DNA from: Mitosporidium daphniae
Taxonomy: Eukaryota
Length of the DNA: 38,735 nucleotides
Direction: 5' to 3'
Assembly (NCBI RefSeq): GCF_000760515.2
Contig: NW_013546401.1
Span: 1 to 38,735 of the forward strand
The translations under genes and the position numbers were made by a program. Shown here one piece after another: positions 22,300 through 34,700 of this stretch (the first letter of the stretch is position 1; every line of letters begins with the position of its first letter). Under the pieces are notes generated by a model. That model was not told the origin of the DNA, searched no databases, and was given only the letters and a program-made list of their open reading frames with translations.

Positions 22300-22327
22300 T
22301 AATTTTAATTTTAATTTCTTTGTTGAA
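22300..22327. promoter_or_regulatory. 28-bp divergent intergenic between the CAC2 and TOF1 start codons; putative bidirectional AT-rich initiator
   Basis: taattttaattttaatttctttgttgaa lies between ATG(-) at 22299 and ATG(+) at 22328. Confidence 0.6.
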
Positions 22328-24810
22328 ATGGCTGTTCACTCGACTTTTTCTTCCGTCTCCACCTCCACCCCGGCTTCTTCTGCTTCCTCTTCCTCGTTGC
22401 TACTTTCGATTTGCTCCGGTTTGGGGAAATACAAAACCACTGGCGAAAAAAGTGATCTGAAGACCGAATATATTTTTGATAAAGAATCCTTTGATTGCCT
22501 GAAGGATTTGAAAAAGATAGTCAGATATGAGATCCAAAAACAAAATCGCAAATTTTTGAGAACAATTACGGAATGGAATGTGATCAAGAATCACCTGATT
22601 CCTATTTTTCTTGAACATTCTCTTGGCGAATACATGCTATTCCCAAACGAAGAGGGAGATTCGCTAAATACGGACCGCCAGAGTGTAGAACAAACCAAAT
22701 ACGTGATTTCTCCATCTAAATACCAACTGTCGAAAATAATTTGTAAGCATGTTGAGTTACATCATAGTGGAAATTCTGGTTGCCATTACATGGCCTATTT
22801 CGCTTGAACAGTCGGAGTTTAAAAGCGAGGATTCTGAAATCAATTCGCCGTTCATATTATCAAAGGAGCTTTTGCAACTACACTTACAAAATAAGCTTGT
22901 CATTTGCGAAGCAAGGTTCATTACCGCTCTTGTGCAAGCCATTTCAGAATGCATCGCGGCTAGGTATCTTATTTGGATAATTTTAGCGAACACGAAGCAA
23001 ACAACGATATTCTGCAATCTTCCATCATTCAGCTGTCATTTATGCTTATTCGAAACCTATTGGTTGTTCCTGATGTATTGTTGCATGGTAAATCGATTCA
23101 AGTAGCTTGAGGAATTTTGTAATCCATAGGACCTCCTTCTCCTTCAACTTTCCAACTCTGGGTTTCTTGATTTGCTGCTATCTATTACCTCAGAATTAGT
23201 TGATCAAAATAGCAGATGGAACGATAGGATCCTCATCCTGGTAGAAATTATACATTGTTTTTGGGCTTCAAAAGATCCCACCGAATTAGTCTCCCTCGCA
23301 TTACAATCACACACCAGTGATTGTGACATTTCTTTATTAGATTCGAAGGATATGTGCAAGAAAAATGCCCACACTCCAACAAGACACTCCATGTTTGGCG
23401 GCACATTTTCGCACACGCTCACGGTTTGTAAATACGCGTTTCAATTTGTTTTTTAGAACGGGTCTGAATATGTGTTTGAAGGCTTCAAGCAATGTCCAGA
23501 ACTGGATGGCAAAAAGTTGTCCAAATATCGCAAACAGGCCCAAAAGGTGTGGCGGTAACATCTTAATGTTTACTAGAGCTTTTTGGACTTGATGAGCCCA
23601 TGTAACAATAGGAACACATCCACACTCTTTTCTTTTACTTGTCAATTTCTTTCAAGCAGTGCAGGAGCTTTGATACGGTCGTTTTTGTCGCATTTGTCTT
23701 CATTTCAAAGTAGCTATCATAATGACATTTTCAACACCAAATTTTACAACTCTGGCAGTGCTACCGAAAAAGACCACATGAGGTTTATTGGCATTGTGGC
23801 ATTTTCGATCCGCTTTTTCCTAGCGCTCCCAGATGGCCAAAAAAGGACACTTGGACCTGCGTCATCGATTCTTTCGAGCTATTTGAACACAGACGATCTC
23901 AGTAAATACATCTTTAAAAGACTGATGTCTTATGCCGATGAAAAGCAATTTGTTTTGCTTCATTCGAGCGTCGACTGCCTTTCGGCAGTGCTTTTTTTGA
24001 TTGATTTTACACTGTCTAAAGGGCGATTGAAAAGTGCGCACAAAGGCAATGTAGACAAGCATTCTGAGTTGATTGTCGCTTCAGCAGACTCTATTTTGTG
24101 CAATTTCTTTTATGATTTCGGGCATATTAGTTCGATAGCCCTTTTGTCAAAGTCAATTACTTATACCAAGTCCAGGGGGTTTGCTTGTTTGCATTTACTG
24201 TTAGTCTTCTCAAGTGTCTGATTGAGCTTAACCATATAATTCTTCGACTTTTAGAATCAAGAGGCAGCCATTTTGGATCCTTGGCGGTTCAGAGTAAAAA
24301 GAACAAACAAAACGCAACCGTTAGTGAGGACAATATTTCCGGTATTGATGCTTGTTTTTCCCTTCATAGGATCCCAACAAAGTTTCGAAAGAACCGAGGA
24401 CTTTTTATTGCGTATTGAAGCTTCTTTCATTTGCAGCAGCATCGTTGACAATTATTGCATGCTTTTAACGGAGGATGTTCGGCTTGGCAGTTCCACTACA
24501 CACTATGTTGCGAAAATGTTTTATCGAATTTTCGTAAAGCACCAAGCAGAGTCGCTATTTTATAAGGTAAACGCCATTTTTCAACGTCCAGATTTCAATT
24601 TTGCACATTTTTGAGCAGTTTTTAAGCACAAACGATTCGAAAAATGAGTTGGCTCTCTTCATTAGCTTTTTTTTGGGCAAGCTTTTTAAAAGGCTAAACG
24701 CATCGCCGTTTCTTCTGCTTGAAGTAAGATGTTCATCTTATTTTAGCTTTTATTTCCGAAAAATTCACAAGACTGTAAACGAATTTCCGAGGCACTCGCA
24801 ACACTTTAAG
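22328..24810 (+). CDS. TOF1: Fork-protection subunit Tof1/Swi1/Timeless, multi-exon; 3' end uncertain
   Basis: LLSICSGLG..EYIFDKESFDCLKDLKK..EWNVIKNHLIPI; intron 22743-22767 gives ILEILVAITWP; TRHSMFGGTF; HYVAKMFYRIFVK..LFYK; LLE|LLFPK. Confidence 0.8.
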
Positions 24811-26068
24811 TGGATTTCGAGGAACCCAGTTGCAAAAAGCCCGACTACGTGACAGAATTAAGCCGTGTATTTGGGAATAGCATATGTATTTGCAACCAGC
24901 AGATCTTTTCGAGTATCTCGTTTGTACGTTGAAATGATATTAAGCTCCATGTGTACAATAAATGCTAACCCAGCCAACGAAAAATCGAAACATACATGCA
25001 TTCTTTTAGTACACAACAAGCGATCACAAAAAGAAGATTGGCGGTCTGGCTATCAAATATCTACTTTGCATTGGTGCAATCGAGTGCTCAGGTCACAAGA
25101 CCTCTGATAACCAAAGTTGAGCTTAATCGGTCAGATCGTTAGTTGCTGAATTTAATTTTGTCAGCGGATCAAAAGAATCCATGCAATGCTAGCAGCTTTT
25201 TCAACCAACAGCTAGCTTTAGCAGATATCGAAATTTTCTGCTCTCATAGCTTTGATTGCCATTTCTATTTTCTTTCTCCCTTTATTACAACTTGGCCCAG
25301 CAAATAAAAAACGATCAGCTCCAGAAATTGGACAATTTCGAACAAAGATCAACAGTATGTTGCGCAAGCTAAAGGAACCACTTCAAATCGCTCCAGAAGC
25401 TTAAATGATCGGACAATTTGCAAAAATCCAGGCGATTAAGAAGCATGCAGAATCTGGAGAAATGCCATCAGACTAGCCATATGCCATATGTCAAATTTAG
25501 CCCGCTCAAAAAACCTAAAATCCAAGTATTTCAAGAAGCTCGAAAAAGCACCCATTGGTCCGGGAAATGGCCACCAGGAGGAGCTCCGCCAAAAGGTCTC
25601 ATCGGACAATAAACTCCACGCATTTAAGACCGTTAAGTAATAACCCGATAAGAATGACTTTCTACTTTGCGTGCACCAATGCAAGCTTATTGCGGCCGTT
25701 GCAAACATCGTTTAATCAGGCGGTTGCTAGTTCTGGCGATGCACCAGGAACCATATTGCTTGAAATTGAGAATTTCAACCAAGCAGAATGATGATTTATA
25801 TGTGTATATTTCAACGCTTATCTTTACAGATAAATAGCAACCTCGGGAAATAAAGGCACTTGTGATTGAATTTTATGGCGTTTGTTGACAGTATGATACT
25901 TTAACGGTTGTGATGCTCGTCTTGGATGCTGCGTTAGGACGACGAAAGCGTTAATTGCCTCTTGGTCCCGATCACATTGCACTGGACGCGAGACGATTGG
26001 AACAATAAGTTAATTTTATTTTCTATTTTAAAAATACAATCGCCTCAAAATACGCCATCCATCTGATG

Positions 26069-29000
26069 TCAATATTTTGAAGTTTGCTTGTTTGAAATCC
26101 AGCGCGTAACATATGGCTGCAAAGATATTATTCTCTTATTAAAATCCGAGATTGTGCGGGTTCGAAAATACCAATTAAATCGATAATAAGGAGATGTCTG
26201 AAACGAATTTCGAATACTCCACAGGGCAGAATCGGACCCAAATCCGTGCACAGAAACAAGAAACAGCTACAGTTGGGTTAATGAAAAACACCTACAAGAT
26301 AGTTGTCGTCAGAAGGGGTCCAAAATTTGCTTTTCGGAAACCCAGAATCAGGAAGATTTTTCGAGTATTTCACATAGCAACAGATCTGGTTGTAAAGCTC
26401 TCGCGATTTTTGCAGCTTCTCTTCACCTCTCTCAATGTTGTGGGCTATCTTCACCAATTCTAAAAGTTAAAGCAAGAAAACACACCAGGATAGGCAGGAT
26501 ACATGGACCAAAACGCTTCCGAATATCTTTTAACCTCCGCCACATCCTTGGTTCCGATATCGGTGGAAATTTTCTCATACGCATGACTGCAGTAAGAAAA
26601 CACAATTACCGGCCGTGCTTTTCAGAGGCTTTTGAAAAGGCAATGAATTCCTTTCGAGACCAATCAATAAATCCTTGGCCAAACAATAGATCTCTTTCGT
26701 TGATTTCGGACTCGCTTAGAGGCTGTGCTAACGACGTTACACAAAGCGACATACCTGCTCGGATCAGGTCTTGCTTTTTTTCACGGTCGATTCTGGAAGA
26801 TTCAGACTCGCTTAAATGTATTGGGATAACAAAATCAGAATTGCGGCGATTCCAATTGGATTCCTTTTCGAGAAGCGAAAACAATCTCAAAGGGTGAAGC
26901 TGAAATGGCGATCTATTAGATGAGTTTGCGGATGCCAATTGGTACATTCTTAGGCCTTTCGCTTGCCTCTGCGGTTTGGTGATGGGCTGCTTGACCACCG
27001 GAAGTCCCAATGCTTCTCGATATTCCGGATCCTCCGTGGAAAACATAGAGCGCCTTCCTCTTTTGCCAGACAAATCGACACCGGGTCTTGTGAGCGATGA
27101 TTCAAGCCTCTAAGGGTCAAAATCAAACTCACTTGCCTTTACCAGAGGATCATCTCCGTTTTTCAGGTCGGGGGCGCTTGAACCCGATTCAACAGAAAAG
27201 GTGTGTAGATCCTCAATACCGATGCTTTGGTATCGCTGGAAGATTTCCCTTGTCTTTGTTTCCCCTTGCTCGATCAGGGACTCAATAGAAACATCCCTCC
27301 TATATGTTTATATGACCACAATCCTAACATGGAATGAAGACTATCGTCATCTAGCAAGTCGGAAGCCCCGGACTTTATCATATTAATGAGCTCGACACTA
27401 GAGGGTTGCGAATCCACGACATGATGTCCCCGTTGGATAACCAACTGGTCCAGGCGAAGCTTCCTCAAGCTTTTGTCAAGAATACGCTCCTCAATCGAGT
27501 TCTACGGTGACAATGGCGAGTTTACCTCCGTTAACAACCTAAAAACCTTGACAGGCTTTTTTTGTCCAATTCGGTGTGCTCTATCTTGAGCTTGCAAATC
27601 GGCTTGGGGATTCCTAAAGTAAGAAAAATTGAAAACCAATCGCTATCGTAGATAACAACCACATCTGCGGTGTATAAATTGATCCCAAGCCCGCCTGCAC
27701 GTGTAGTTAATAGAAATATAAACTTTGAGCTGTTTGGGGCATTGTACTCCTCCACATACCGAACTCTGACATCTGAATCGGTTTGTCCATCAATTCGACA
27801 ATAATCTAGCAGCAAGAAATGCGCGTCGCCTACCATAGTTGAGCCATTCACAAAAATCCTCAATAATATCAAGCATGCGACTCATTTGGCTGAAAATCAA
27901 AACGCGCGAGCCGTTTTCTTTGCAGCGAACGAGCAGCTTGTGTAAAGCGATCATTTTCCCAGAGTTTTCAATCAAATGGAATCCTGCTGCATATGGAGGC
28001 CCTGGCTCGGCTCCATCAAACAAATACGGATGGTTGCAGCATTTCCTGAGCTGCATCACAATATTCATTAGCCGGGTTGTCGCTGGAAGTTTTCCCAATC
28101 CAGGATGCTTTGGCAAGATCAGTGACTCGATGTCTTTCTCCAAAATCTTTTGATACCATAGTTTTTGCATCGGGCTGGGCGGAACAAAAAGACAGATTTC
28201 CTTTTTTGGCGGAAGTCCCTTTTCAACGTCCAATTTGAGCCGACGAAGCAAACAGGGCTTCAAAAGCATCCTCAACTGATCTATTATGTTATCGGAGGAG
28301 GAATTGTCTTGTTTGCTTTCTTTTTCCTAAAAAAAGGCAACAAAGTGCATACAAATTTGGATGAGCCATTGGACGCAGTTTTGGATGACGATAGCTGAAG
28401 AAACCACTCATCAAACTCTTCTGAAGACGAAAAGAGCTCGGGCATTAGAAAGTTCAAAAGAGCCCAAAGCTCATGCAGGTTATTTTGAAGCGGAGTTCCT
28501 GTGATCAATAATCGATAATTTGTCGGAATCAGACGGACAATTTGCGACAGAAGACTTTGTTCGTTTTTTATTCTATGAGCTTCATCGATCACCAGATAAA
28601 CCCATTTAATCTTTTTTATAAAAGATCTTTCAATCATTCCAATCTCATAAGAAGTTATTAGAACATCAAAGGGAGCCACTCCGTCTTTTGAAGTGTCCGA
28701 CTTGATTGACTTGATGATATTTGCCCTCTCTGACTTGTCTCCATGAAGCACCAAAGTTTTGAGATCGGGAATCCACTTATTGGACTCTTGCAACCAATTG
28801 ATAATGGTACTTTTAGGCGCCACAATCAGAATTGGCTCGTCGGTATTGCAGATCATCTTCAAATAGCCGATAAAAGCCAATGTTTGCAGAGTTTTACCGA
28901 GGCCCTAAGATAAACAAACCATTGAAAACCATTTCATCAGCCAGGATTCCATTTACATTATTTTCGTAAAGTGAAATCAACCAATTCAACCCTTCCAGTT

Positions 29001-29360
29001 GATAATGGCGCATTGTACCATTTTTAACGTCTAAAATTAGGATACTGCTGGGCTACAAAATGGGGTGGTGGTAAAAATATATGGGCTGTCTTTCAAAGCA
29101 GGATCTTCTGGCGCGGTTTTCGGCGTCAAAAGGTCGCTGGGCGCAGCAGGTGCCCTTTGTTTTGAAAATCTTCGGCCTCTGGTGCCTCTGAGCCCAGATA
29201 TTTTAAAATTAATAAAATTCTGAAAAACAGGCGATTTTCCAATAAAATATGAATATCTTTTGACAAGTGCATTTAATTCGTCGACGGGACTGCGATCGTG
29301 TGCCGAAAATGAATCATTCTCATCGTGGGAAAAATGACAATTGTTCTCATTAACTACCAT
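26069..29360 (-). CDS. ISWI: ISWI-family chromatin remodelling ATPase (SNF2 helicase + HAND-SANT-SLIDE), multi-exon; exact 3' end provisional
   Basis: [137 protein letters not shown]. Confidence 0.93.
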
Positions 29361-29437
29361 AAAAATTAATCATTCGCATAAAGTTTTAATTTTGCAAAAT
29401 CTTTTTATTGATCAAATGATTTGATTTTTTCTGCTAA

Positions 29438-30099
29438 ATGCTTGGTACTTTATTGCCCTCATTGGGATTTTTCCTGGTAAATTGGCTCAACTAACCCCCT
29501 TTAGTCATTGGTTTTGGTTGCATCAGCAAACATGGGACCATTTTTGTTGGTTGAAAAGACTATTCAACAGCCTATACAGGACATGCCTTGTGCCGTTCAA
29601 ATAACTATTTATAATGTTGGTGACAGGTCCTCCCATTCTCACGTTTATTTTTAGAAGTGCTTATGATCTCTTTCTTCTTGACACGTCTTTCGCTCCAGAA
29701 AATTTCAGTCTTTTACATGATGGAAATATAAAAGAAAAAATTCCGGAACTTTTGCCTTCAGAGTCGTTTGAATATAAATTTACGATGAAACCCCTTATTT
29801 CTGGTCACTTTTGGGACAAAAAAGCTCTTGTCTCCTATTTAGACGATAAAGAATTTAATTCCAATATTCAAGTATGTATACCTTTCTTTCTTTAGAGAGC
29901 ATTTTCATCCGCCTCAGAATATTCATATATCCTAATTCCGGAGCAATATCATGCTTACGTTTCGTCTAACCCTATTATCTGGACTATCATCCTGATTTTT
30001 TCTGCCATGTGTGTCGTTTTTCCTATGCTGAAATACCGCTCGAGCTGTAACTTAGTTGCCAGGCATTTTGGTTTGAAGAACAAACCGGCACAAAATTAA
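29438..30099 (+). CDS. SSR2: Translocon-associated protein beta (TRAP-beta/SSR2); 4 exons
   Basis: Signal peptide, then FLLVEKTI..ITIYNVGD|RSAYDLFLLDTSFAPENF (cf. animal [24 protein letters not shown]), and a C-terminal TM segment IWTIILIFSAMCVVFP. Confidence 0.8.
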
Positions 30100-30133
30100 T
30101 TCCCCATTAAACAATTAAAGCGGGCTAGCACAC

Positions 30134-31042
30134 ATGATAACAATTTTGGCATGCAATTGAGTGTTGTACAAACATCCCTCCCAGTGTTTACAAATTAATT
30201 TCCGAGTGTCGACACTTTTATTAATTTTGGCTGCCATATTGTGGAATATCTTGAATCCCAGATCGGGATTGCCTTCTGATTACTTTTTAGCCTTTTTTAC
30301 ATACCATGCCATGCTAGTTTATATGTATTGGATGCTTGTTCTTTTAGGGGCTTTCTATCTTATTGAAGCACTGAAATCCCGCTTCAATAGCCATCAAGTG
30401 GAGTTTAAATGCTACTCCAAATTGCAACTCAACATTTTAAGGAAGGCATTTCACTTTGCTATTTTTTGCATCATCATTGTTCCGATTAGATTTTGCAATG
30501 ATATTTCGGTGTTCTACCTAGTTCAGGCATGTTCTTCGGTGGTGCTGTTATCATTTGTGGCTGTTGAATTTATTCGTATTCATTACCCCTTCTCGATGGT
30601 TTCAACATGTATTACTGGATACATGATAAGATTTACCGGCCATTCTCACAAGAAGAATAGGGTAAAGCCTATCACGGATCATATTTATCTGATGGCAGGT
30701 GTGACCCTCCCCTTGCTAATATCGGCCCCAAATTCGCTGGAATCGCTGTCCGGTTGTATCACCCTGGGCCTTGGTGATTCCGCGGCAGCCCTTGGCGGGT
30801 GCACTTATGGGATATATCGTATCCCTGGCTCCAATGGGAAAACCGTAGGCGGGGCGCTTTGTTGCATTGTAGCTTTGTTTCTTTCATCGATGCTTCTTTC
30901 ATATTCGCAGATCAGCTTTTGGGAGTCCCTTGTTTTATCAACGATCACTTCTGTGGTTGAAGTTTATAGCCCCATCAACGACAACATCGTACTTCCATTA
31001 ACATATTGGGTAGTGCTAAAGAAGCTAATAAAACCTGGCTAA
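30134..31042 (+). CDS. SEC59: Dolichol kinase (Sec59/DOLK), short form; possible GC-AG intron 30149-30184
   Basis: LRKAFH, DHIYLMAGVTLPL, SGCITLGLGDSAAALGG, GKTVGG, INDNIVLP; polytopic membrane protein. The start codon is inferred. Confidence 0.8.
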
Positions 31043-31067
31043 CTTATTTCCTACTTTTTATTAATAC

Positions 31068-31669
31068 TTAAGCAGCGGTGCTTGGACGGCAACCAGCAAA
31101 TATGGGTCGGAAAGAACGATTTGTGCTGTGGGGAACAGGAAACTTGAGTTTGGAGTCAATCAACTGTTTGATATAAGGACGACGAAGATCGGCAGCCTTG
31201 ACCTCTTCAATGCGGATGATGTGGATTGAAGAGAAGCGGGCGCGATGGCGGGATGCCATATCTTGGTAGCAAGATGCTATGGCATCGGTGCGAGAGCACT
31301 CTCTATATTCCTTATACATATTATGAGTTCCAGAGCGAGAGTCGTATCTGATCCAAATGCCATAGTTTTTAACGGTTGATGGCTTCTTTTCAAAGACTTC
31401 CTTAATAGAAACAATATCTCCAGCAGAGCTTTTGACCTTCTTTAGCCTTTTAACAAAGTACCAGAATCTGCTTTTGGCAACAACCTTGTTTGGAGCAAAT
31501 ATCTGCAACTTGTACAGAGGGGGCTCTGGCTCCTCCTTTGAAGGGAGCTTTCTTCCAATCACTTCATATTCATGGATCTATAAAATTAGCATTTACATCA
31601 ACATGTTAGAGGATGGATGAAAGAGATACACAACCACAAGATATTGAGGGAGTTCCTTACTCTGGACAT
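31068..31669 (-). CDS. RPL20: 60S ribosomal protein eL20 (L18a); intron 31578-31660
   Basis: MSR|IHEYEVIGRKLP, IFAPNKVVAKSRFWYF, VKNYGIWIRYDSRSGTHNMYKEYR, YQDMASRHRAR. Confidence 0.97.
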
Positions 31670-31724
31670 GGCAGATTTAAAAATTATTAAATTTTACTTT
31701 TAAAATTTACAACCATCACATTTG

Positions 31725-34700
31725 TTAAAGCATTTTGTACAAAGATTGCTGGTCACCATAATGCCCCGATGATCGCTGAGCTGAAGGGTGCCACTTTTCT
31801 AATTCCAAATGGAAGTGTGCATCAAGCAGCTCTTTAAGAAAATCGTCCCATTGCTTAAAAAACTCTTCTAGCGTAATGTTTTGTATGTTTGGTGGAGCCT
31901 CGAATTCGGTGCTTGAGTTTAGAAAACACTGTTCTCCAAAATAAACGGCAACCTCCTCCCACAAGGTGTTAAAATTTTCAAACAAGTCCCACAAGTCTGT
32001 AAGTTTTTGGGATTTTTCAGCTGCCCATATGTTGATGGCAGCAAGAAATTGACTTACCATCTCACCACTTTCACCGGTGTCCGGCCCTTCTTTGATCTTC
32101 TCGATGCTAAGGTTCAATTCGCGTATGGATTCGCGAAGAAAAGTAGAATCGGTGCCTCTGATTTCCGAAACTAAGCTACGAATTTTCTTGAGCTCAGCTA
32201 TGGAAGAGTCGTTTAACGACTCGGCAATGAAATGTAGCAGGGTTTTTTGTCCGCTATCGGATCGAAATGCAGAAAGCCTAGAAAGGGAGGAGATTCTGAC
32301 CCCCTTTGTTGCACCTCTCATCAAGATTTGCTGTTTTTGAGATTTTGAGCGCCCAAACTCGAGTGTTGCCAATTGACAGCCATCCAAGATATTCTTCATC
32401 AACAACTTGATCGTTGAAGATTTCTTCAAAACAAGCAGTGCATTTTTCAACAGCGACAATAGCCGAATGATTTCGGAGCATTCCGAATCAAATTGTCTCT
32501 GCATAATCATTGCATCTACAACCCAATTTAGCGCAGGCGCGGAGCTCGTTGCTATCATAAAAGATTCTGCAGGAGAGCCTGTGTTGCACTTTTGAGTGTT
32601 AGCTGCCAGCTGGAAAATGCTTTTTTCTTCAGGTAGTGGAAGCAAGGGTTTTAAAGCAAGAAGATCATCCAAAGTGATGCTGCAGGTATTTGAATATAGT
32701 TCTTTCACCAAATTCTCAGCACCCAGGAATCTTTTGTATAGCCTTGAACAGCCGATTGCGATGTTATTTGCCCTGCGAAGATCAATTAGGGACAATATTG
32801 ACGATGATGGCCTAAATTAACAAATAAAACGCATACAAAAGCGATGAATCAGAAAAGCTTTTCGTTCGATAAAGACTAGATTTCGGATTGAGCGTCAAGG
32901 ATGTGTCAATGCAGAAAAGAGCTACATTGATGAGAATGATGTTGTTACCTTCAAATGTGCCTTTGTCGAGGGAGGATTCAATGTTTAGGTTGCCTATATC
33001 TTCCCAGATGGTCCCTCTGATTTCGGAAGATGACATTCCTTTCCAATCCAAAAAGCTTTTCGAGACCTTTGGAGCCTCTAATCTCTCTTTGCCTTCTTGA
33101 AAAGCAATAGGCGACTGCTTATTCAAGGAAAAATCGCTTCCAAAAAGAGGTTTGTTCTTAGCGCCCATTTCTTTTAGAGGTGGAGGTGGAGGGGGAATGG
33201 GGGGTGTCGTCTTTGTAGGCAATGGAGGGGGTAAGGGGGGGATAGCTCCTGATGACGACGATGACGACGACGATGATGATGATGTTGTTGTTGTTGTTGC
33301 TTTTAAAGATAAAGAGTCCATAGCTGGATCGCTGGTTGAAAATTGTAGCAAAGAGGGGTTTGCATTTGATTGACGGCAGATTGCAAATGAAGGTAGGGGC
33401 GGGGGCATCGGTGGATCTTTTAATGTGACACTTGAAGCACATTTTTCTCCAAAAGAAAGGGCGTCTGCCTGGTTATGTGATTGATCAGTTTTCATAACAC
33501 CCTGATGGGGCTGATCGTCCTGCTTCTGGCTGCCATTTGACATCACATCACCAAAGCTATCCAAAAATGGCTTTTGACGGCAAAATTGAAACACAAGCTC
33601 ATGTGCCAAGAATAAATTGTTTCCAAAGATTTTCAGCCCTAATATTGCTATAAAGGTAAAAAAGTCTTCATTTTACCAAGCGAACGAGGGATCCCTTGGT
33701 TCACAAGAGACTCTAAAAAAATCGACTCCGGAACTATTCCTATCATCAAAGACAACGAATTGATTTCAGATTCAAGGGAGCGAGAACACACGCCACCCTC
33801 AGTGGCGATATAAGTTGGCGACGGTTCAACATCTTCGAAAACAAAATCAATCGAGAAATCTTGGCCAAGTTTGGGACCAGAGGCCTCCAAATCTTCCAAG
33901 GTAAATCTAGTCAGCTCTGAATTGATCCAATTCGTGTTGAAATACAATGAAATCAGAGTAACTGTATGGCTGTATGAGAGATGGAAATCCTTGATGGACT
34001 CGTCGGGTATGTGAAACAAACGAAAATAGATGTCTTCAGATATGGAAATAGGATCTTGAAAGTTGAAGATGATGTGGTTTGTATCTTGATAGAACACGTA
34101 TTTTCCACTTTTGGGAATCAGATCGATGAATCCACTAGTCGCGCTCGACGAATCTTCGTCTTTAACGCGGTTAGAGGCGCAATGTCCAGAAGACGACGTG
34201 CGCGGTGGATCATCGGTAGACGACGAAGAATCTTGATTTCCGCACAAACCAAAGCCGCTTGAAGACGAAAGTCCGTTAAACAATTCAGAGGAGCTAGCAA
34301 AGGTAGAGCTCTCATCAAACGAACAACGGTTTTCAAAAGAAACAGGGGTCTTTTCTTTGATTTTACAATCCGTAATGTATTCGACGTCCACCATCAAGCT
34401 GTTGTAAATCAGCCTGTCATTTTGAAAGATCGCAATGCCCGGTGAAAAGTTGCCCGACGCAAACTTGGGGATGGTATTAACGATGATTTGCCGCAATTGA
34501 ATTCTTTTTGGTTCATCACGCACAGCGGGCTTGGAAACAAAATCCTCAAAATAAAGCATTGAGCGTCCAAAAGAGGGCGATGGAGTTCCGTAAGATGCAT
34601 CGGAAGCACAAATAGCATAGGGAAAGCGGCGTTGGTGGAAAAATCGATATGAATCCAAAACGCTGTCAAAACACCCCAAATAAAACAATAAACAGGAAAT

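Noticed and set aside
26155..26170. GGTTCGAA as a tRNA T-loop
   Set aside because: It lies inside an ISWI exon and there is no cloverleaf. I recognised no tRNA or rRNA genes in the window.
30158..30160. In-frame TGA as selenocysteine or an alternative genetic code
   Set aside because: TGA ends TRA1 and CAC2 normally and Trp is encoded by TGG at conserved sites. A GC-AG intron explains it more simply.
33152..33442. Poly-Gly/Asp/Val and poly-Asn/Ile ORFs
   Set aside because: They are antisense or off-frame readings of the formin FH1 and its microsatellite.
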